64,000 bases of DNA from an uncultured Solibacteraceae bacterium. GTDB taxonomy: Bacteria > Acidobacteriota > Vicinamibacteria > Vicinamibacterales > SCN-69-37. The notes below the pieces were generated by a model. That model was not told the DNA's origin and searched no databases. It was given only the letters and a program-made list of their open reading frames with translations. The DNA is taken from the NCBI GenBank assembly GCA_964423815.1, contig CAYRGW010000003.1, positions 45,731 through 109,730 of the forward strand, written 5' to 3'. This document shows, piece by piece, positions 60,101 to 64,000 of this stretch; within the stretch, counting starts at the first letter, position 1, and each line of letters opens with the position of its first letter. Made by a program: the position numbers and the translations under genes.

Positions 60101-60479
60101 CAGGTGTCCAACCCTGCACCGTGTCTGCCCCCGGATGCCAGGTCAACCGTTTGGGTTCTCCCCCCACCGCCGGCACGACATACACGTCGCTGTTGCCGCC
60201 GTAGGAGGCGGTGAACGCGAGCGTCTGCCCGTCAGGCGAAAACTTCGGGTTGTTGGCGCCACCGGCAAAGCTGGTCACACGTCGCGCCACACCACCGGCG
60301 CGGTCCACAATCCAGATGTTGTTCGCGTAGGCAAACGCGATATGCGCCGCACTGACGCTGGGCGTCCGCAACAAACGTGTCGATGCAGGCGCCTGAGCGG
60401 GCGCAGTGGTCACGGGCGCTACCGCAAACGCCAGCAGCACAAGGAGCAGGACAGCGGGAACAGGGAGTCGGCGATACAT
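57132..60479 (-). CDS. Tricorn-protease-like S41 peptidase (TolB-type beta-propellers + PDZ + S41 catalytic domain)
   Basis: 1115 aa with a signal peptide. It has repeated ..P.WSPDG..IAF.. propeller blades and a C-terminal S41 region (..VVVDERFNGGGSAADYI.. ..INEMAGSGGDL..). Confidence 0.88.
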   Translation of the reverse strand: MYRRLPVPAVLLLVLLAFAVAPVTTAPAQAPASTRLLRTPSVSAAHIAFAYANNIWIVDRAGGVARRVTSFAGGANNPKFSPDGQTLAFTASYGGNSDVYVVPAVGGEPKRLTWHPGADTVQGWTPDGKSVMFASTRATWAPSGAPKFWTVPAGGGIEEPMALPRAYMGKISGDGTHIAYRMNSSWDEERRNYRGGQNKPIWIVDLKTHDLVTPPFTNSKDTDPVWVGRLVYFLSDRDGVSNVWSFDPGSRQLRQVTRFTDFDVKSIDSGGGAVVFEQAGRVHMLDTSNGRARVIDIVATGDFPWMMPKWEDVSSRVTNIAISPAGRRAVVEARGEIFTIPADKGDVRNLTRSTGAADRAPAWSPDGNFISYFSDKSGEYRLVIAPQDGITPAREIELANPKHYYTPSWSPDSKKIVFTDTDLKVWVVDVATGAAKTVGSDPWMVPQRTLNPVWSPDSKWVAYSSRLRSMYHAIFVSNVETGATHQVTDPLADAVWPAWDASGKYLWFLASRDFGLASQWLDMTSYDRPVTFGLYFAILKKGEPTPLTPESDEEAARAAEAAGDARPTGGAEGRPAARATAVTVQIDADGLDRRIVSVPGVPERAYSQLRSGVAGTVYYLEGANLQRYRLSERRAAQFLTGVTTYVVSADGHKMLYRGAGGGGGRAGGGAAPAGPAMFIVDADRTVPAAGAGRLNVSLTMHLDPKEEYKQIFREGWRLQRDYLYVQNMHGSKWTQMEEMYGQLLPHVMHRADLNYLLDTMGAELAVGHSYVRGGAMPETDTNAADGGLLGADFTIESNRYKITRIYDAENWNPELRAPLASPGVEVAVGDFVLAINGQPLVAPDNIHRLLDGTANRQTVLTVNNKPVMEGARQITVTPIGNEQGLRTRAFVEDNRRKVSELSGGKLAYVYVPNTGQGGYQSFNRYYFSQQDKLGVVVDERFNGGGSAADYIIDVLQRDFDGYFNNVAGDRFPFTSPSAGIWGPKVMIINEMAGSGGDLMPYMFKRRGIGPLIGTTTWGGLVHTADTPGFIDGGSMIAPRGGFFTRDNKWAIENEGVAPDIEIENFPKDVIAGKDPQLERAVEEALKLLAAKPVDRLTKEPPAPVWGVRRGGGGGE

Positions 60480-60508
60480 GGGGGCCTCCAGGCGCCCCTA
60501 CGATACCG

Positions 60509-61816
60509 CTATTCGTCTATGCGGAACAGGTGCGTGCGGCTTCGCAGATAGATCGCCCCATCCAGAATCACGGGCGACGCAATGAAGGATTGATCCTCGA
60601 GTGTATTGGTCGCCAGCACTTCGAACGTGTCACCCATCTTCACGACAACGACGTCGCCCTCTTCGGTGGCCAGATACAGCTTGCCGCCTGCACCCACGGG
60701 CGAGGCTTTGAAGTTGTAGGGTTTTGGCAGTCGCCGCTGCTGGTAGTGCGGCGTGCCGGTTGAGGCGTCGAGGTTGCTGAGCAGGCCCGCATCACTCACA
60801 AAGTACAGCCGGCCTTCGTGCAGCACGGGGGACGGCGTATAGGACACGCCCCGCGGCGTGGACCACACGATGCCGTTGCTGCGCGTCAACACACCGGTCT
60901 GTCCGAGGCGAAGAGCCATCAGCATCTTGATGGTGTGGCCACTCATGGCAAACACCAGGTCCTCGTGCTGGACCACCTGGGGCACCGAGTTCTCACCGAG
61001 CCCATCCGCTTCCCACAACAACTTGCCGGTCTCAAAGTCGTACGACCGCACGGTGAGGCCATTCACGATGATCTGCCGACGACCGGCGTGGGTCGCCACA
61101 AACGGCGCGGCCCAATTAAACCGCTCGGTCCGAGCGACACGCCACAACTCCTTCCCTGACGCCGGATCCAGCATCGTCAGAAACCCGCCCTCAAGGTGAT
61201 CAAAGTGCAGGATCAGTCGGCCATCGTGCAGCGTGGGCGCGGTGCCTTCTCCGAACGCGTTGTCCATGCGGAGCTTGACGCCAAAATCCTTCTGCCAGAG
61301 CAGTTTTCCGTCGAGCGAATACGCGTAGAGGCCGCGAGACCCAAAAAACGCGTAGAGGCGTGTGCCATCCGAGACGGGGGAGTTCGAGGCAAAACTTCCG
61401 TAGACGCGGTGATAACCCTCGTGAGGGGACGCGACGATGGGCGTGTGTTCCCAGAGGGTCCGGCCGCTCCGCCGGTCGATGGCCATGACCACAAATCGAT
61501 GTTCGAGGCCGGCGTCAGCGCCCCCCCCACCACCGCGGAGACGTCCGGTCGGCGCTTGTCCGTGTCCGGTTGGAATCGCTGTCGTCAGGAAGAGGCGGTC
61601 GCCGACGACGACCGGCGTCGAGTGGCCGCGACCTGGGATCGGAACCTTCCAGCTGATGCCGGTGCGATCACTCCAGCGCAATGGCGCATCGCCGACGGCC
61701 ATGCCCGTGTGAAATGGCCCGCGCCACTGCCGCCAGTCGTTTGGAGACTGAGCAGTCGCCGCGAGTGAAGCTACGGCCAGGAGACCGCACATTGCGGCCA
61801 GTTGCAGTCTTCGCAT
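60509..61816 (-). CDS. Secreted PQQ-like beta-propeller repeat protein
   Basis: 435 aa with a signal peptide (MRRLQLAAMCGLLAVASLAATAQS) and propeller repeats (..W.....G.S.PV..GDRL..). Confidence 0.8.
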   Translation of the reverse strand: MRRLQLAAMCGLLAVASLAATAQSPNDWRQWRGPFHTGMAVGDAPLRWSDRTGISWKVPIPGRGHSTPVVVGDRLFLTTAIPTGHGQAPTGRLRGGGGGADAGLEHRFVVMAIDRRSGRTLWEHTPIVASPHEGYHRVYGSFASNSPVSDGTRLYAFFGSRGLYAYSLDGKLLWQKDFGVKLRMDNAFGEGTAPTLHDGRLILHFDHLEGGFLTMLDPASGKELWRVARTERFNWAAPFVATHAGRRQIIVNGLTVRSYDFETGKLLWEADGLGENSVPQVVQHEDLVFAMSGHTIKMLMALRLGQTGVLTRSNGIVWSTPRGVSYTPSPVLHEGRLYFVSDAGLLSNLDASTGTPHYQQRRLPKPYNFKASPVGAGGKLYLATEEGDVVVVKMGDTFEVLATNTLEDQSFIASPVILDGAIYLRSRTHLFRIDE

Positions 61817-61864
61817 GTTGGGGCTCCGTCGCCCAGACTATAGCGATCCCGGCCGTCGATCAAA

Positions 61865-63907
61865 TCACCAAATCTTGACGCGTTTGTCGGGCGGCAGATA
61901 CAGCTTGTCGCCGGGTTTGACTCCAAACGCGTCGTAGAACTCCTGGATATTTGAGAGGGGCGCGTTGGCGCGGAACTGCTCGGGAGCGTGGGGATCGGCC
62001 ATGACCTGGTTGCGCAGGTATTGTTCACGCGCCTTGCTGCGCCATGCCTGCGCCCAGCCGATGAAAAATCGCTGTTCACCCGTGAATCCATCCAGCACGG
62101 GCGAGGGCTTTCCAGCCAACGACAACTTCCACGCTTTGTAGGCGATCGACAGCCCACCCAGGTCGCCGATGTTTTCGCCGAGCGTCAGCTGGCCGTTCAC
62201 GTTCACACCCGGCAGTGGGCTCAATACGTTGAACTGATCCACGAGCACCTTCACGCGCTTCTGAAACTCCGCTTCGTCGGTCGATGTCCACCAGTCGCGC
62301 AGGGCGCCGGATCCATCGAAGCGGCGACCCTGGTCGTCAAACCCGTGCCCGATTTCATGACCGATCACCGCGCCAATCGCCCCGTAATTCACGGCATCGT
62401 CTGCGCCGAGGTCGAAGAACGGTGCCTGCAGGATGGCGGCGGGGAAGACGATCTCGTTTTTGACGGGGTTGTAGTACGCATTCACCGTCTGCGGCGACAT
62501 CAGCCATTCTTCGTGGTCCACCGGGCGACCGAGTTTGCCGATCTGAAACTCATGCTCAAGCGCCGCGGAGCGCTCCATGTTGCCGAGCAGATCGTCGGCC
62601 GCAATCTTCAGTGTGGTGTAGTCGCGCCACTGGTTCGGGTAGCCGATCTTGGCCTTGAATTTCGACAACTTGTCGAGGGCCTCCTTCCGCGTGGGCTCGG
62701 TCATCCACTCCAGCGTGGTGATGGATTGGCGATACGCCTCGATCAAATTTGTGATCATCGCCTCCATGCGCACCTTGGCCGTGGGAGGGAAGTGCCGCTC
62801 CACGTACAACTGGCCGAGCGCCTCACCCATGCTGCCGTTGACGACCTGTACCCCGCGTTTCCATCGTGGCCGCTGCGCCTGCTGGCCGTTCAGCACCTTG
62901 CCGAAAAATTCGAAGCGTGCATTCACGAATGGGTCGCTGAGATACGGACCCGCGGTCGCGATGTACTGCGCCGCGAGCCAGGACTTCCAGGTGTCCATCG
63001 GCACGGTCGGGACCATCGCGGCGAAACTCTTGAAGAACGACGGCTGCCCGATGATCACGTCCGGTGTTTTATCCACACCTTGCGCCGTGGCCCATCCCAC
63101 CCAGTCGAACCCCGGCATGTCCGTCGCCACCTTCGCCAGCGCCATCTTGTTGTAGGTCTTCACCGCATCACGGCTCTCCACCTGCGTCCATTGGATCTTC
63201 GCGAGTTCAGTCTCAAGCCCGAGCACGGCTTTTGCTGCGGCGGCCGGCTCTGAACGTCCAGCCAGCGTGAAGATCGTCTGCAGATACTCCGCGTACTTCG
63301 CGCGGATCTCGACGAACTTGGGTTCATCGAGAAGGTAGTAGTCCCTGTCGGGCAACGTGGTCCCGCCTTGGAACAGATACAACGCAACTGTGGTCGGATC
63401 TCCGGCGTCGGCGTCGATGAATCCACCCACCGGACCAGGCAGACCAATCACCGCCAACTCGCCAGTCACACGGGCGAATTCAGCCGGTGTTGTGATGGCG
63501 TCGATCCGGGCGAGTGTCGGCTTGAGTGGGGCAGCGCCGAGTGTGTTCACGCGCGCTTCATTTGAGAAACTCGCGAACAGGTCACCCACCTGTTGCGCGA
63601 CCGACCCCGCCTTTTTGTTCGGGTCACCGGCCAGACGTTCGATGATCGCATAGAGGTCGGCTTCGGCCTTGTCGGACAACTGCACAAACGTGCCCGCAAT
63701 GGGCCGGTCGGCGGGAATCTCGGTGGCTGTGAGCCATCCGCCATTCACGTGCCGGAAGAGGTCGTCCTGCGGCCGCACACTTTTGTCGAACGTGGTGAGG
63801 TCGAGACCTGATGTGAGACCGGATTTTGGAGCCGGCGCCTGCTGGGCGGACACCAGCGAAACCGCACCAGCCACAACCGCAATTAAGACGAAGGATCGAC
63901 TGCGCAT
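61865..63907 (-). CDS. M13-family zinc metallopeptidase (PepO / endothelin-converting-enzyme-like)
   Basis: 680 aa with a signal peptide, the zinc motif VIGHEIGHGFD, and the downstream GENIGDLGG motif. Confidence 0.92.
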   Translation of the reverse strand: MRSRSFVLIAVVAGAVSLVSAQQAPAPKSGLTSGLDLTTFDKSVRPQDDLFRHVNGGWLTATEIPADRPIAGTFVQLSDKAEADLYAIIERLAGDPNKKAGSVAQQVGDLFASFSNEARVNTLGAAPLKPTLARIDAITTPAEFARVTGELAVIGLPGPVGGFIDADAGDPTTVALYLFQGGTTLPDRDYYLLDEPKFVEIRAKYAEYLQTIFTLAGRSEPAAAAKAVLGLETELAKIQWTQVESRDAVKTYNKMALAKVATDMPGFDWVGWATAQGVDKTPDVIIGQPSFFKSFAAMVPTVPMDTWKSWLAAQYIATAGPYLSDPFVNARFEFFGKVLNGQQAQRPRWKRGVQVVNGSMGEALGQLYVERHFPPTAKVRMEAMITNLIEAYRQSITTLEWMTEPTRKEALDKLSKFKAKIGYPNQWRDYTTLKIAADDLLGNMERSAALEHEFQIGKLGRPVDHEEWLMSPQTVNAYYNPVKNEIVFPAAILQAPFFDLGADDAVNYGAIGAVIGHEIGHGFDDQGRRFDGSGALRDWWTSTDEAEFQKRVKVLVDQFNVLSPLPGVNVNGQLTLGENIGDLGGLSIAYKAWKLSLAGKPSPVLDGFTGEQRFFIGWAQAWRSKAREQYLRNQVMADPHAPEQFRANAPLSNIQEFYDAFGVKPGDKLYLPPDKRVKIW

Positions 63908-63928
63908 GACTGCAGTCTAGCCGAGGAT

Positions 63929-64000
63929 CTAGCCGAGGAACTCCACGAAGACTTCGCGTGCCGCGTGGCCGGACAGGGTCGAGACGGTGAAGCGGAAATG
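63929..64000 (-). CDS. C-terminal fragment of an unidentified CDS entering from the right edge
   Basis: The minus-strand frame reads ..HFRFTVSTLSGHAAREVFVEFLG* with a stop at 63931..63929. It is too short to assign a function. Confidence 0.3.
   Translation of the reverse strand, partial: HFRFTVSTLSGHAAREVFVEFLG

Noticed and set aside
57024-60479. Genomic island or prophage integrated at tRNA-Ser.
   Set aside because: There are no integrase, excisionase or phage genes. The downstream genes have ambient GC and housekeeping-like functions. The putative att echo is weak.

Overview
This window is the replication-origin region of a high-GC bacterial chromosome. Hand-counted control stretches are about 60-65% GC. 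The repeat style and gene content suggest an Acidobacteriota-like organism, but that is a guess I cannot verify. The core is a classic ori neighbourhood. On the minus strand it runs rpmH-rnpA-yidD-yidC-jag-mnmE-mnmG-rsmG, then a parS pair, then parA-parB. It diverges from dnaA-[oriC]-dnaN-gyrB-gyrA on the plus strand, with no recF.

Downstream of parB on the minus strand, selD follows 2 nt after parB. After a 72-bp gap come atpHAGDC (F1 only), a PP2C phosphatase and a Wzm/Wzt ABC exporter, tightly spaced. Other housekeeping genes are fabZ, serA-like, mfd, a surA-like PPIase, dusB, a UvrD/PcrA helicase, glmS, glmU, rsmI, serS and tRNA-Ser(UGA). The right end holds a run of secreted or periplasmic hydrolases and beta-propellers: a tricorn-like S41 peptidase, an M13 peptidase and two PQQ-like propellers.

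Three things stand out:
1. The only clearly accessory segment lies at about 18.5-20.35 kb. A roughly 50% GC gene for an HNH_2-type nuclease with an N-terminal 'WWVNQNQ' reader-like domain sits between two inverted ~204-bp elements. These share a 46-nt perfect core, and each looks like a bidirectional terminator hairpin. The segment is embedded in arrays of a 25-nt REP-like element found across the window.
2. A regulatory island lies at 6.5-11.5 kb. A consensus sigma-54 promoter (TGGCAC-N5-TTGC) sits directly upstream of a FliA/WhiG-family sigma gene. Nearby is an NtrC-type enhancer-binding protein. Divergent from it is a two-gene operon encoding a BldC/excisionase-like HTH and an 83-aa stand-alone DHp (H-box) protein. 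That H-box closely mimics the one in the neighbouring hybrid histidine kinase.
3. Two perfect-palindrome parS sites bracket a (TTCGGGAC)x3 repeat, and the dnaA-dnaN spacer is a DnaA-box/AT-rich oriC.

I also saw short low-GC patches inside conserved genes (dusB, mfd, rsmI) and a 172-bp convergent overlap with gyrA. The many long antisense ORFs in the track are treated as high-GC shadow frames.
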